Notes: generated by a model not told the origin, from the letters alone. Counted from the first letter of the stretch, positions 1 to 12,434 are shown. The stretch is DNA of 56,192 nt from Octopus bimaculoides (GCF_001194135.2 NC_068996.1:34286448-34342639), one strand, 5' to 3'. A program made the numbers and translations.

Positions 1-519
1 GTTTAATCTATGACGTTGTATGTATCACTTTCTCTCTCTCTCTCTCTCCCTCTTTTACTCTTACTCTCTATATTTTTATGTTGAGCGCGTGTGTAAGAAT
101 GGCGTTCCAGGTAGAAGGGATGAAATATAAAAGTTGCTAGAAACAACAGCCAAATCTCCCTTAAATCACACAAAGTAAACGGAATTTTAAAAATCTAATT
201 ACTGCACTGGAAAGTTCACATCGAGAAAATTCCATTGATGTAAAAAATTTTACGAAAAAGTGGAAAATGTGGATTTCTATAAACTTTCAAAAAGGCTTCA
301 CACAGACACACAACTTCAGATTTATATATTAAGATATATATATATACACACACACACATAGAATATATTTATTGTTATTAGTGATTATGTATTTGATACA
401 TACGCAGACACTCACAGGCTCAATAAATACCAGAGATGATTATCTCCTACAGAAACTGCAGAAGCTACTCAGTGATTTTGCAAACTCTTCTTTCAAATCC
501 ATCACACTGTTGGAAATTC

Positions 520-2240
520 TTCTGTATCATCAGCAGGTATCTCTGGGTCACAAGTATTTTGCTCTTTATCCTATACATTTTGTCTGAGTGGGGCAGCAAG
601 GAGTGAATTAGTCTTCACCTGCGGAAGGATCCCACTTGCAGTTTCACGTCAACCTCAACAACTTTGAAGTGGTTTCAGCTGATATGCTTATCTCCTTGAT
701 GGTTTTCTTCACTTGTTTGGGTTTCAGACCAATCTTCTGCAAGAAACAGCATACTGATCCAACTGGAAAGCCACAACAGCTGACTTCAGTTGAGAATGAG
801 GCTGCATGCTGTCCCTTGACAATGATTTCATTCATCCAGTCTTGATATTTGGTTTTCTCTAGCTGTTGAAAAATATTGAGACTGTCCTCCCAGAGTACTG
901 TACGTTTGACTACAATATTTTTTGTACTCCTGGGGAGATGGAATGTATCTGTTTGGAGTGATGTCTTCTTAGTTATTCCTGCAAGGATCTTGTCATATTC
1001 CCACATGTGTAATAATTTTCATCAATGTCTGAGGGTATCCTGTCAAAATGAGATTCAGGGTACAAAGGGTTGTTCTACATGGCTTGCAGAATGAGATTTC
1101 TTCTTTGTCCCATATTTTAAGGTAAAGTGAGGTTGGCAAGGGGCCAGCAATAGCATGCAAGAAAAAGGAAAATCTTCTCTTGAACACTTGAGTGTTTGGT
1201 CATAATGTATCCATTGTCCCTGGTAGGCAAGCCTTACTGCTTTCACCCAGCAATCATCCTCTGCTGAATCACAGATTTTTAGCGCAATGACACTCTCTTG
1301 CTCCTAGCTTTGGTATTTTCCCACCTCTTGGCACTGTGGTTGTCAAGTGTTACTCTAACAGATTACTCCAACAATCTTCTGGTGCTTCCAGTATGTTTCT
1401 GCTTCCTTCACAGTTTTCTGCAGCTTCCATGCTTTATAACCTTGTTGCCATATTTGATTTTCTCATCCTCAGATTGTAGCAATGTACTGATTGCCCTTGC
1501 TTTCATGGCTTTGAATTCTTCCATCATTGGCTGGGTCTTAGGCGTCTTGCTGTACAAATTGACTGAATTGAAATTGGAAGGAACATCCAGCACCTTCACA
1601 TGAATTTATTGCACAGTCTCTCCATTGCTTCTACATAAGTCATGGCCTAGTCATATAGCAAAAATTGTCAGTGCAGTCAAGGTTTAATGCCATACTGAAA
1701 GCACCATACTTTGAATCTTCCAAATTGCTGGCTTTTATTCATTGCCTTTAGCCTGTTTGGCATTGCCAATATCCTTAATGGTATGATCATAGTTTTTCCC
1801 AAAGCATCAAACTCCTTTCTCCTGCATTGCTGGAATTCCAGATCCCTGAACGCTGAAGATATCATTTGCCAGCCTTCCTTTGTGCATACTCAGGCTCTGA
1901 AATTTTGCTGGATGGACTTCATGCATACCCTCTCAGTTGATGCTGAAATGACTGTTATGCCATTTATGTAGACTCTGCAAACTGGATAGCCAATGTTTTC
2001 ATTAGTTTTGGGACATCTCGACTGTTTCCTCTCTGATTTCTACCAGCAGGTTCATGACCACCACAAATAGCACCATAGGAAATTGTGTACACTGCTATAA
2101 TGCTATTTTGCAATTTGTGCCATCTAGTAGTGAAACTTCTCCAGGTGGATCTCATCTTCAGTGACTCCATGTGATATGAATCTGACTACTTCTGTTGCTA
2201 CTTGGTTGTACTTTAACAGCTATGAAACTGTTAACTTATA
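520..2240 (-). mobile_element. Degenerate HERO-like non-LTR retrotransposon (RT C-terminal half, CCHC knuckle, restriction-like endonuclease, 3'UTR)
   Basis: Collinear minus-strand ORF pieces match recalled HERO ORF blocks: MRSTWRSFTTRWHKLQNSII (RT), GRFKVWCFQYGIKP, LDVPSNFNSVNLYSK...MEEFKAMKAR...LQSEDEKIK, AYQGQWIHYDQ, FSFFLHAIAGPLPTSLYLKIWDK...CKPC (knuckle), TVLWEDSL...KTKYQDWMNE...EVSCCGFPVGSVCCFLQKIGL...SAETTSKLL (RLE tail). Many stops and frameshifts. Confidence 0.75.
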
Positions 2241-2495
2241 GCAAATATACAAAAAGAGCTGGTTACAGAAGGAACCAATCAAGGGGAGAAGGTAGTATAT
2301 ATTATTATATGTCTTAAAGAAAGAAAAGAGTTTGATATAATATCATAAGGTATTCAGAAAGAGAAAAGAAAGAGAGAAGGAAAAATGTATTTCTAATCGG
2401 TATATCCTTACTGCCTCTGAAGAGATTCATCATATAATGATTTTAATTTTATAAATTATTTATCTAAAGAATAACATATCCTCTAATTAGATTTA

Positions 2496-2518
2496 TATAC
2501 ATACATACATACATACAC

Positions 2519-2581
<63 letters not shown>
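2496..2581. repeat. (CATA)n(CA)n microsatellite abutting an N gap
   Basis: Directly visible. Confidence 0.95.
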
Positions 2582-2592
2582 NNNNNNNNNNN

Positions 2593-4576
2593 CATCATCA
2601 TCGTCGTCGTTTAACGTCTGCTTTCTATGCTAGCATGGGTTGGACAATTTGACTGAGGACTGGTGGACCAGGAGGCGCCACTAGGCTCCAATCTGATTTG
2701 GCAGAGTTTCTACAGCTTGATGCCCTTCCTAACGCCATCCACTCCGAGAGTGTAGTGGGTGCTTTTACGTGCCACCGGCATGAGGGCCAGTCAGGCGGGT
2801 ACTGGCGACAGCCACGCTCAAAATGGTGTGTTTTACGTGCCACCTGCACAGGAGCCAGTCCATTGGCACTGGCGACGATCTCGCTCGGATGTCTTACTGG
2901 CAAAGGCCATGCTCGAAATGGTGTATTACGTATCATCTGCACAGGAGCCAGTCCATCGGCACTGGCAATGATCTCGCTCAAATGTCTTTTCATGTGCCAG
3001 GAAGGCGACGTTGGTAACGATCAACGACCACACTCGAAATGGTGTATTTTACGTGTCACCTGCACAGGAGCCAGTCCATCGGCACTGGCAACAATCTCGC
3101 TCAAATGACTTTTTACATGTCACTGGCACAAGTGCCAAGAAGGCGACGTTGATAACGATCACGCTGGTGCTATTTACGTGCCACCAGCATGGAAGCCAGA
3201 CAGCTGCTCTGGCAACGATCATGCTTGGACGGTGCTCTTAGTGCTCCACTGGTACAGGTGCCATGATGATTTCGCTTTTGATTGCCCCAACAGGTCTTCG
3301 CAAGCCGAGTTTAGTGTTCCTACAAATTTAGTTCGATTTTGATTTCACTTGCCTCTCCATGTCTTCGCAAGCGCAGTTTAGTGTCCAATAAAGGAATGTT
3401 ACGCGTAAGTGGGCTGGCTATATCCCTGGTAGAGGCCTTGGATTTTGGTCTCACTTGGCCTGCTGGGTCTTCTCACGCACAGCATATTTCCAAAAGTCAC
3501 GGTCATAAGTCATCGCCTCGGTGAGGCCTAATGTTCGGAGTTCGTGCTTCACCACCTCATCCCAGGTCTTCCTAGGCCTGCCTCTTCCATGGGTTCCCTC
3601 AACCGCTAGGGCGTGGCACTTTTTCATGCAGCTATCCTCATCCATTCTCACCACATGTCCATACCAGCACAATTGTCTCTCTTGCACACCACAACTGATG
3701 TTTCTTATGTTCAACTTTTCTCTCAAGATACTTATGCTCTGTCGGGTATGCACACTGACATTACTCATCCATTGGAGCATACTGGCTTCATTCCTTGCGA
3801 GCTTACACATGTCCTCAGCAGTCACAGCCCATGTTTCACTGCCATGTAGCATGGCTGTTCGTACACATGCGTCATACAGTCTGCCTTTTACTNNNNNNNN
3901 NNNNNNNNNNNNNNNNNNNNNNNNNNNNNNNNNNNNNNNNNNNNNNNNNNNNNNNNNNNNNNNNNNNNNNNNNNNNNNNNNNNNNNNNNNNNNNNNNNNN
4001 NNNNNNNNNNNNNNNNNNNNNNNNNNNNNNNNNNNNNNNNNNNNNNNNNNNNNNNNNNNNNNNNNNNNNNNNNNNNNNNNNNNNNNNNNNNNNNNNNNNN
4101 NNNNNNNNNNNNNNNNNNNNNNNNNNNNNNNNNNNNNNNNNNNNNNNNNNNNNNNNNNNNNNNNNNNNNNNNGGACTTTGGTTTTAGCTAGGTTGACTCT
4201 AAGGCCTTTCGAATCTAGTCCCTGCTTCCACACCTGAAACTTCTCCTCTAGTTCTGATAGTGACTCAGCAATTAGTGCAAGGTCGTCAGCATAGAGGAGC
4301 TCCCAGGGGCATCCTGTCTTGAATTCCTCTGTTATCGCCTGGAGGACTATGATGAATAGGAGGGGGCTGAGGACAGAACCTTGGTGGACCCCTACCTCTA
4401 CCCGGAATTCTTCACTGTACTCGTTGCCAACCCTCACCTTACTGACAGCGTCTCTGTACATGGCTCGCACAGCTGTCACTAACCATTTTTCTATTCCTAG
4501 TTTCCTCATTGACCACCAGATAAGGGATTGAGGGACCCTGTCACAAGCTTTCTCCATGTCAACGAAAGCCAGGTAT
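2593..4576 (-). mobile_element. 5'-truncated RTE-clade LINE, family 1 (RT plus 3'UTR and (GAT/GAC)n tail)
   Basis: ORF 3451-4602: YLAFVDMEKACDRVP...VGVHQGSVLSPLLF...PWELLYADDLAL (YADD at 4282-4293)...WYGHVVRM...GRGRPRKTW. The 3'UTR block TGGATGCCCTTCCTAACGCC-type is shared with other copies. Homology stops at about 4576. Internal N gap. Confidence 0.92.
2757..3260. repeat. About 8 diverged 60-95-bp minisatellite units inside the RTE 3'UTR
   Basis: Recurrent TTTTACGTGCCACC...GGAGCCAGTC...GCACTGGCAACGATC.CGCT with unit starts near 2763, 2831, 2926, 2987, 3047, 3111, 3172 and 3237. Confidence 0.85.
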
Positions 4577-4586
4577 ATACACACAC

Positions 4587-5008
4587 AAGGAAAATAAGAC
4601 ACGGTAGAAAATGCTAAAATAATTTTATCATCAAGAACATTTTAGTACCGGTTTCAGTCTGCAACTTTTTCAACTTAGAGTAAAGCATGAAAAACAATTA
4701 AATAATGGAAAAATTAAATGAAATGTTTTTTTAAAAATATTTCCATAATTTTCAAATACAAGGGACATTTTCTTTTTTTTTTTTCTGTTTCTCTCTCTCT
4801 TTTACTCTTTTGAAGGCTTCACTAGAGTAAAAGAGAGACAGACAAACAGAAAAAGGAAAATGTCCCTTGTATTTGAAAACTATGGAAATATTCTTTAAAA
4901 ACATTTCATTTAATTTTTTTCATGCTTTACTCTAAGACAGAAACCGGTACTAAAATGTTTTTCATGATAAAATTATTTTAGCATTTTCTACCTCTTCTTA
5001 TTTTCCTT
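4587..5008. mobile_element. About 420-bp near-perfect foldback (hairpin) element, PLE pLTR-like
   Basis: Left arm AAGGAAAATAAG..GGTAGAAAATGCTAAAATAATTTTATCA is the reverse complement of the right arm TGATAAAATTATTTTAGCATTTTCTACC..CTTATTTTCCTT. Centre TGAAG-G-CTTCA at 4816. Each arm carries GAAACCGGTA. Confidence 0.85.
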
Positions 5009-7859
5009 ATACATATCAACACGTGTGTATGTATGTATGTATGTATGTATGTGTATATACACATACACACATCTATGCAAATAGACGTATAAAATGTACT
5101 TTGTAGCATATAAATGTGTTTGAGTAAATTAATATACTCCACATGCATAGTTAAGACACATAATAAACCAAATAGGTTTGCAATAATCTGACAATAAAAA
5201 AGGTGAGGGTCATTCATAAAATAAAGGGATAGAAAAGAAGCAATGCAAATGAGAATGGGTTAACATTATAAAGGGAGATAATTTGCTTGGGTCCGTGCGA
5301 TGTACGTGCTGTATGAATGACTGATGATGGCGTTAAAGTGTATGTTCCCTTTGTCAAAATTAAATGGAAACACCACTAGCAGGTATTTTCTACGGTCAAT
5401 CAAGGTAATTAGTTTCTTTTTGAGAAATATTCTGAACATTCATATCAAGTGTTTATGTATCTTTGTTGCTTTTAGTTATCTGTAATAGCTATGCGCACGC
5501 TTCTTTCTGTTTATATATGTGTATGTCTCTGTATATAAGTGCATGTGTGTATGTATATATATATATGTGCTTATGTGTGTGTATACTTAGGTTAGCCGGT
5601 ATTTGTGGTTCGGACGAATCTAAAAATTATAGTCTAACCTTGTCATTAAGATCTCTCTCTTTCTTCTTTCTCTCTCTCTCTTTCTCGAAATAATATTATT
5701 TCTTCGAAATTAAGATATTCAAATCTATTAATTAATCTTTGAACTAATGATATTCTTAAGATTAAGCTAATCACGCACACACACTTGTATGTGTAAATAT
5801 ATATTTATAAATTATGTGTAGGCACACACGTACGCGCACATACACTCACACACACAGGCATAAAATATAATTGTTTACATAAAAAAAAAATATTGAAATG
5901 ACCTCACAATTACATGCACTGTTTTATGAATATATGTCGTTTCTTTTCGAACACGTGTCGCTTTGTTTATGTCTACCCGCCTTTTCTTTAGTCGTCTTAT
6001 TCAAATGCATGTTTCGGTGTTTGTGTCTGTGTGTATATATATATATATATATAATACACACAGACTTTAATAAATATAACCCTGTGCTAGTCTAAATTTA
6101 AACAACGCGTGTAATAAAGCAATATATACACCATCGGTCTAAAGGAGTCTTGATGTGATAGGTCCGTGTGCGAGAAAAAACGTCTACAACTTCTTCAAAT
6201 TATACCTTACTTTTTTAATGTTTAATATGGTCCTAATTTATCTTTGCCTAATATATGATAGGTTGGTCACACCCGGAACCATTGATCATAAGTCTGCTCG
6301 ATCAACACTCTTGTCTTGTCTATTGTCTGTATCCAACAATGGAATGATATTAATGGAAAATGATACACTGTTCATTATATCGACCCTAATATTTGATCAG
6401 TACATATCGGTCATAGAAGAGAATCAAAGTGGACGACGGGTAGTGCGAGAAGGAGAAAATGTGTGTGTGTAATATACTTTACAAGAAAAGTGGTAGCAGT
6501 GACTTTGAAGTTTCGGCTCGCTATCCTTAATCAAACTGTTTAATAAAAATGGGAAACTAATTTTCTATTATGTATATGTATGTTCATACATATATGTGTG
6601 TATATTTGAATATATGTATGAACGTACGTATCCATCGTTCCCCGTGTGTGTGTGTCTCACCCCCTCTCTCTCNNNNNNNNNNNNNNNNNNNNNNNNNNNN
6701 NNNNNNNNNNNNNNNNNNNNNNNNNNNNNNNNNNNNNNNNNNNNNNNNNNNNNNNNNNNNNNNNNNNNNNNNGAGCGGTACCTTCCTCCCTGGTTGGCTG
6801 ATTATGAAACCAATTAAGGTAGAAGGAGAAGGAGATTGGTCAAATTTGTGCAGTGGGAAGTCGTCTGTTAATTGTGCAATGAAAGAAGATGCTTTCTCCC
6901 TGGAAGTACTGCACGCAAAAAATTTTTTGTTGCGAAATGAACGTAACATATTGTTTTCAGTAATAAATAAAGCAAGCAGATTTTATTCGTGTTTTATCTT
7001 TTATTTACATTTTAGAACTGAGCTAGTTGTTTATACAGTTGAAGGGACATAATTCATAAAATACTTATCAATGTTATGTTACACCCACCTTATCAAATGG
7101 AAAACTTTTATCTTTTCATCAATGGTCTACTTACATATGAACTTCTTAAGCTTTTTGCTGAGAGCTCTCTTATTCTCACAGGATAGCCTTGTGTCACTGG
7201 TGGTTGGTCCCTCTGCACCTGGGCATGCTAAACTGGAACTGCTGGAGCACTAATATTTACAGTGGGGTCAGCACCTGTGTAGGCTGACACTGATGGTTCG
7301 TTGTCTCTGGTCTGTTGGCCCAGTAAACTGAACGTAACCTGTTTCTATGGCTTGTGTAGCTCCTGCGGTTGTTGCCCATTGCGTCTGATTAGTCTTCCAT
7401 CATTTTGCATTCTGACGATGAAGCTACGTGGTTCCGTGCATTTATCTATAAATGTTGCTGGCTGTCATGTGTTATTTCCTTGAAAGACAGACGCTTTAAA
7501 TCTTATTACTAATTCAGAAAGTTCTTTTGCATTTCTGTTGTAGTACTGTTGTTGTATTTTGATTGATGCCCTACAATTTCTGCCAGTCAACAGATTATTA
7601 AATATATTATTGATAGTATATTTAATAACCTATTAATTTTTGAGAATAAAGTTTTGACTAATTCTGGCAGCTACAAGTAAAAGACAAGAGTAGTCTACAT
7701 CAGCAAACATTATACAGTAAAAGTTTGTGAGATTGGATAAGTTTATTTAACAGGTCAGAAGAGAGAGAGAGGAGATTTTTAATCATAAATTGCAAATGAA
7801 ATATGCAAAAAGTCATGTGTATGTAGATAGTAACCAGTTACATGAACATATTACAATAA

Positions 7860-8991
7860 GTCTGGTTTCTCTCATTCTGTCAGTCCTCTTTTCTTTGTAC
7901 CCTCTTTATCTAATTGTTATCACATGATTTTAAAAAAGTTTCCGGACATCACTCACGCTATTTTTGATAATAGGAATTCAGTACACTTGGTTACACATCA
8001 TATCATTACTAAGAAGCCTCCTGTTTCATTATGACCTAGACAGCTCACTACCGACAAACTAAAAATTGTAAAGAACGAATTTAGCCACATATTGGAGCTC
8101 ATAATAATTTGACTTTCTTGTAATAATTAGCCTTTTCTCCACAGCATATGGTTCTCAAGAAAATTGAGAGAGAGATTTACATCCCTATGGAGATGACAAA
8201 AGATTAAATGTTTTAACTGTTCCTGATAAATATCCTCATATCTCAGCTTCTTTACGTGGTTGTACTGTTTTTTCAAAAATTGATTTAGTGCATGCTTATA
8301 ATCAGATTCCCATAAAACCTGCTGATGTTCCTAAAACTGGTATAATCACTCTTTTTGGACTTGTCAAATTTCTTAAAATATCTTTTGATTTTAGAAATGC
8401 TGTGAATACTTTCCAGAGACTTACTGATAAAGTCACTTGAAGTTTAGACTCTGCATTCATCTGTATCAATGACTTGTTGATTGCCAGTCCAACAGAAGAA
8501 CAGCATGAACAGTATTTATAACAATTGGTTATTAGGTTACCACAGTATGGTGTTGTAATTAACCCCAGTAAATGTCTTTTTAGTGTTCCTTCTATAGTGT
8601 TATTTGGACATATTATTGATAAAGAGAGAATCCAGCCATTGAAGTTAAAGTAGATGCAATTACAAATATTACTGTTCCTACATCATTGAGGAAGTTGCAA
8701 GAATTTCTCACTCCTATTAACTTCTACAGATGGTTTATCCTGCAATGTACAGAGACTATATATGAGATGATATATCCACTGACAGCATTACTATATAATT
8801 GTAAATGGAAAAATGAAACCATTTCTTTAACTTCAACAGAATTACAGTCTTTTAACATTAAAGAAAAATTAACTAGAGTTACCTTGCTAGCCCATTCAAT
8901 ATCAGATGCCCCTTCTGTCACATATGGTGGATGCCTCTGACATAGGAATTGGAGGAGTACTGCAATAGTTTGTCCAAAATTCCTGGCAACC

Positions 8992-9030
<39 letters not shown>

Positions 9031-9710
9031 ATTTATTTATTTATTTTGAAGCATTTTAAGTCAGCCAAAACATGATATAGTACTTTCAGATGAGAGTTAT
9101 TAGCAGCTTATTTGTATGTAAAACACTTTTACTATTTCTTGGGAGGAAGAACCTTCATCGTTTAATAAACCATTAACCTATCATAAACCATTAACCGATG
9201 CATTGCAATACAAAACAAATAAATATTCCTAAAGAGACATTAGACACTTTAAATATATTTCACAGTTTACTGTGGATATATGTCATATCAAGGGTGGTGA
9301 AAATTCTTCAGAATACACATTATCCCATATTTATATCAATGCTTTGCACTCTGGTGATACTATTAATTTAGAAGAAATTACAACAGATCAGAAAGACAAT
9401 GAATTATTGCAACTTCAAAATGCAGAGTCATATTCTCTAGATTCTCTAGATTGCATTCTTGTGTTCCACAAATATGGTGTTATACTTCTACTGTGTTTTC
9501 TAGACCTTATATCATGAAAAACCATAGATGAACTGTCTTTTCAACTATTCATACTTTATCTCATCCTGCTATTTTGGTAACAGTGAAACTGATTTTAACC
9601 CATTTTGTATTGCCAAGCATGCAGAAGGATATTTCTAATTGTATATCACTACAACATCAAAGCACTGTTAGGCACATTTGCTACTCCAGGTGCTTGTTTT
9701 AAACATATCC
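7860..9710 (+). mobile_element. Degenerate Ty3/Gypsy pol (CsRn1-like): RT, RNase H, start of integrase
   Basis: KFPDIT..HHIITKKPPV..LNVLTVPDKYP..FSKIDLVHAYNQIP..DVPKTGIITLFGL..FRNAVNTFQR..CIND (YIDD site, 8462-8473). RNase H VDASDIGIGGVLQ near 8927 and YST..ELLAAY..VKHF. Integrase zinc finger HTLSHP..LILTHFVLPSMQKDI and PGACFKHIH. Confidence 0.88.
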
Positions 9711-10194
9711 ACTGGGGTACAAATATACGACACCCATTATACCCATCATGACTACCCGTCTGATAAGGGTACACCAGGCACATGCATCACAACCATATGT
9801 GTGTGACATGGTGATTTCATATCAAGATAAACAATGCATGACCTTGCAGGTGGGAGCCTATTAGAATTTTCTTCAGGTCAAGTAGCCCATCCTGCTCAAA
9901 AGGTCTCTGAATAAGGTTTGTTTAAGGATGTCAAATGAAACACCCATGTTCATCTCAACACATGCTATGTTTCTCTCCCTCTACTTCTGATCATGATCAG
10001 AGATGCACATATTGTCAACCACCAAGGAATATGCTCAGCTGCTTAATGTAAAACAATTGACAAGCAAATCTGTGGTATTAAACTGATTATTTGCTGTTGC
10101 ATATCTTTTATACCAAGAGAAAACATGTACATGATGATACTTCCAATCAGTTAAGATCAGAAGCCATGAGAGCCAGTGCCTCATATTGCATCAG

Positions 10195-10990
10195 GGAATT
10201 TATTATTATTATTTCTTTTTATTTCAGGTTTTGTTGGAACTCCTGGAGACTTGTATGCATAATGGGCTTGCTGCCTGTAGCCTATGGTACCATGCTATCT
10301 GTTCTTTTCAACTATCTAATACTTTCCTGATTATTCTGGTCATGCCAAGGAGGCAAACATTTTGTAACAGTTCTACTGGACTCTCTATTCCAATTTCCTT
10401 TATATTCCTCTTGATGCCTTCTGATACTGTGTTCAAAGATCCAACAATAATTGACACTATCTTCACCTTCATCATTTTCTATAACAGGGCTATTTCATAT
10501 TTAAGAGAGATGTATTTATCTATTTTTTTACCTTCTTTCTTGACTAATCATGTGTCAAAGGGATACACAACATCAACTATATAACATATGTGGAGCACCT
10601 TGTCCACTACCACTAGGTTCCGTCTGTTATGCTCTAACACCTGATCTGTTTGGATTGGGAAATCCCAGAAGATTTTGCAAGTCTTCAACTACATCACTTT
10701 CTGTAGTTTGTGCTCATACCACATCTTGACTCTCTCTAGCCCCCACTTTTTGCACAGTTTCCAATGTAGCACTTTTGCTACCTTAACATATTACCTCAAC
10801 TTGTAGTGTTTTTGGGTAAGTCTAAGGTAGTCATTCATGATATAGGCAATGGTTTCCTCCACTCTATTACAGATGCAGCAGTGGAGACACTTGCTCATTA
10901 CTAAGGTTGATCCTCTAATTCATGGTCTAAGCTTGGTCTTGTGTTGCCAGGATAGTGCAAACCTCTTTACAGAAACCTAGCTTGCTCAGG
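10195..10990 (-). mobile_element. 3' part of an R4/Dong-clade non-LTR retrotransposon (CCHC, RLE, 3'UTR, (TAA)n end)
   Basis: Minus-strand translation: ATQDQA, then QKHYKLR..VAKVLHWKLCKKWGL..WYEHK..KIFWDFPIQTDQVLEHNR, then CYIVDVVYPFD..KKIDKYISLKYEI..VSIIVGSLNTVSEG..LLQNVCLLGMTRIIRKVLDS* (stop near 10309). The 3'UTR ends in AATAATAATAA. Confidence 0.8.
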
Positions 10991-11419
10991 CTCCATTAAC
11001 CAAATGGTAGCATACTGTAAGTACAAGATAGCTACTGAAAACTAGGCTGCTATTCGTCAAAGCAGGTCACATGGTGTTGCTAAAAGTGAGTTTGGTGTTT
11101 CAGCAATACCAGATGCATTAGAAAGGAAAATTCCTTGGATTTCTTCGCTGGACAGGAAGCTGGTGGTGCTTTGGTGTCTGGTTGGCCTTTGGATGGATGA
11201 ACAGAAACATGGCTGCATGTGGGTACATCTGTGCGTGAATATATAAGTGTATATGCCATCTGTGTTTGTGTGTGTTATTAGTTGTGAGTGTGTGTATGTG
11301 TATGTGTGTGTGTGCATCAATGCCTGCTGTATACATGAGTGCACAAAAGTATTTAGGATGTATGATGGATGTGTGCACATATGGGTGATTGGTGAAGTGA
11401 GGATGCATTTGTATGTGAA

Positions 11420-12090
11420 TCACAACACCAAATACAAGCTGATCAACCCCTCTAAAAGTGAGATAGGCATTATCAGTAAGTATATTCTTGATACCATCAA
11501 TTCTGATATTAGAAGGGCCACAGGGTTGATGCAATAGGATCCCAGTACAGCTGTGATTAATTGGTCCCATGGAATGTAGGACAAATCAGCCAGCAGATTC
11601 ATACAGTTTGACATCGTGGACTTCTACCCTTCTCTACCAAAACCTCTTCTCCTGAAGGCCCTGGATTTTACTAGGTAATTCACTAGTATAAGCAATCTTG
11701 ATGTCAGAATCATGAACACCAGATATTCAATCCTCATTCACGATGTTTCCTTCTGGGTGAAGAAAGAAGGTGATCCACTGCTTGACATTTCTATGGGGAG
11801 CTACAATAGGGCTGAAATCGCTGACCTTGTTGGGTTATTTATCTTGCACACTCTCAAGAAATGTACACACCCACCCACACAAATCATTCCTTTACAGGGA
11901 TGACAGCCTGGCAATCTCAAACCATATGAACAGCCATGCTATGAGCGAGTTTAGGAAGGACCTGATAAAAATATTCAAAGAATCCAGCCTGTCCATAATC
12001 GTTACCACCATCTTGACCATAGTTGACTTCCTAGACATAACACTAGATCTGAAAACAAGCAAGTATTAACCCTACAGAAAGCCCAACAAG
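11420..12090 (+). mobile_element. Penelope-like element (PLE) reverse transcriptase fragment
   Basis: YKLINPSKSEIGIISKYILDTIN..FIQFDIVDFYPS..LLLKALDF..WVKKEG..DISMGSY..AEIADLVGLFILH..LYRDD (11893-11904)..KDLIKIFK..VDFLDITLDL..PYRKPN. These match recalled endonuclease-positive PLE RT motifs. PLE clade not determined. Stops and a frameshift present. Confidence 0.8.
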
Positions 12091-12434
12091 GAATAATAAT
12101 TTTAAGTAGAATTACTCTGATTCAAATTCTACTAATTGTCCAATGATGTGTGACGTAATTCTTAGTCCATACTGGGTATCTTTCTCATCCACCACTCAAA
12201 ATGTTAAGTCAAGTTTATAAAGCAGGTCCATAATATTGTGTACTTGATGAAGGGTTAAAAAAGTTATACCTATACTCTGATTAAGTTCAAATTGGGAGTA
12301 AATTATAAGAGACTACTTGTAGCAACCTCAATATATCAAATGATTTCTGCTCAATATAAGCAATTCTGTATTAAACTTGAATCAGTTATGTATTAGTGTT
12401 GTACCTGATCCAATATGCGATGTAAAAATATAGA

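Noticed and set aside
520-540. CTGATGA on the minus strand in the HERO 3'UTR as a hammerhead core
   Set aside because: No correctly placed GAAA, stem II or cleavage triplet could be paired.
2757-3260. CRISPR-like repeat-spacer array
   Set aside because: Eukaryotic context, whole units are homologous with no unique spacers, and the array is embedded in a LINE 3'UTR.
5310-5400. CTGATGATGGC...GGAAAC...GGTA as a hammerhead
   Set aside because: Stems I and II do not pair. At best a pLTR remnant.
5676-5700. 16-bp palindrome GAAATAATATTATTTC
   Set aside because: Short and AT-only, expected by chance at this composition.
6773-6817. ERYLPPWLADYETN as a PAQR N-terminal exon
   Set aside because: Lacks the conserved DN..I..GYR motif, hits a stop, and has no usable donor.
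10227-10290. Apparent exon (TTTCAG acceptor; WRLVCIMGLLPVAYG) resembling PAQR3 TM5
   Set aside because: Lies antisense within the R4/Dong 3'UTR. Similarity is weak and the following HW..NGG motif is absent.
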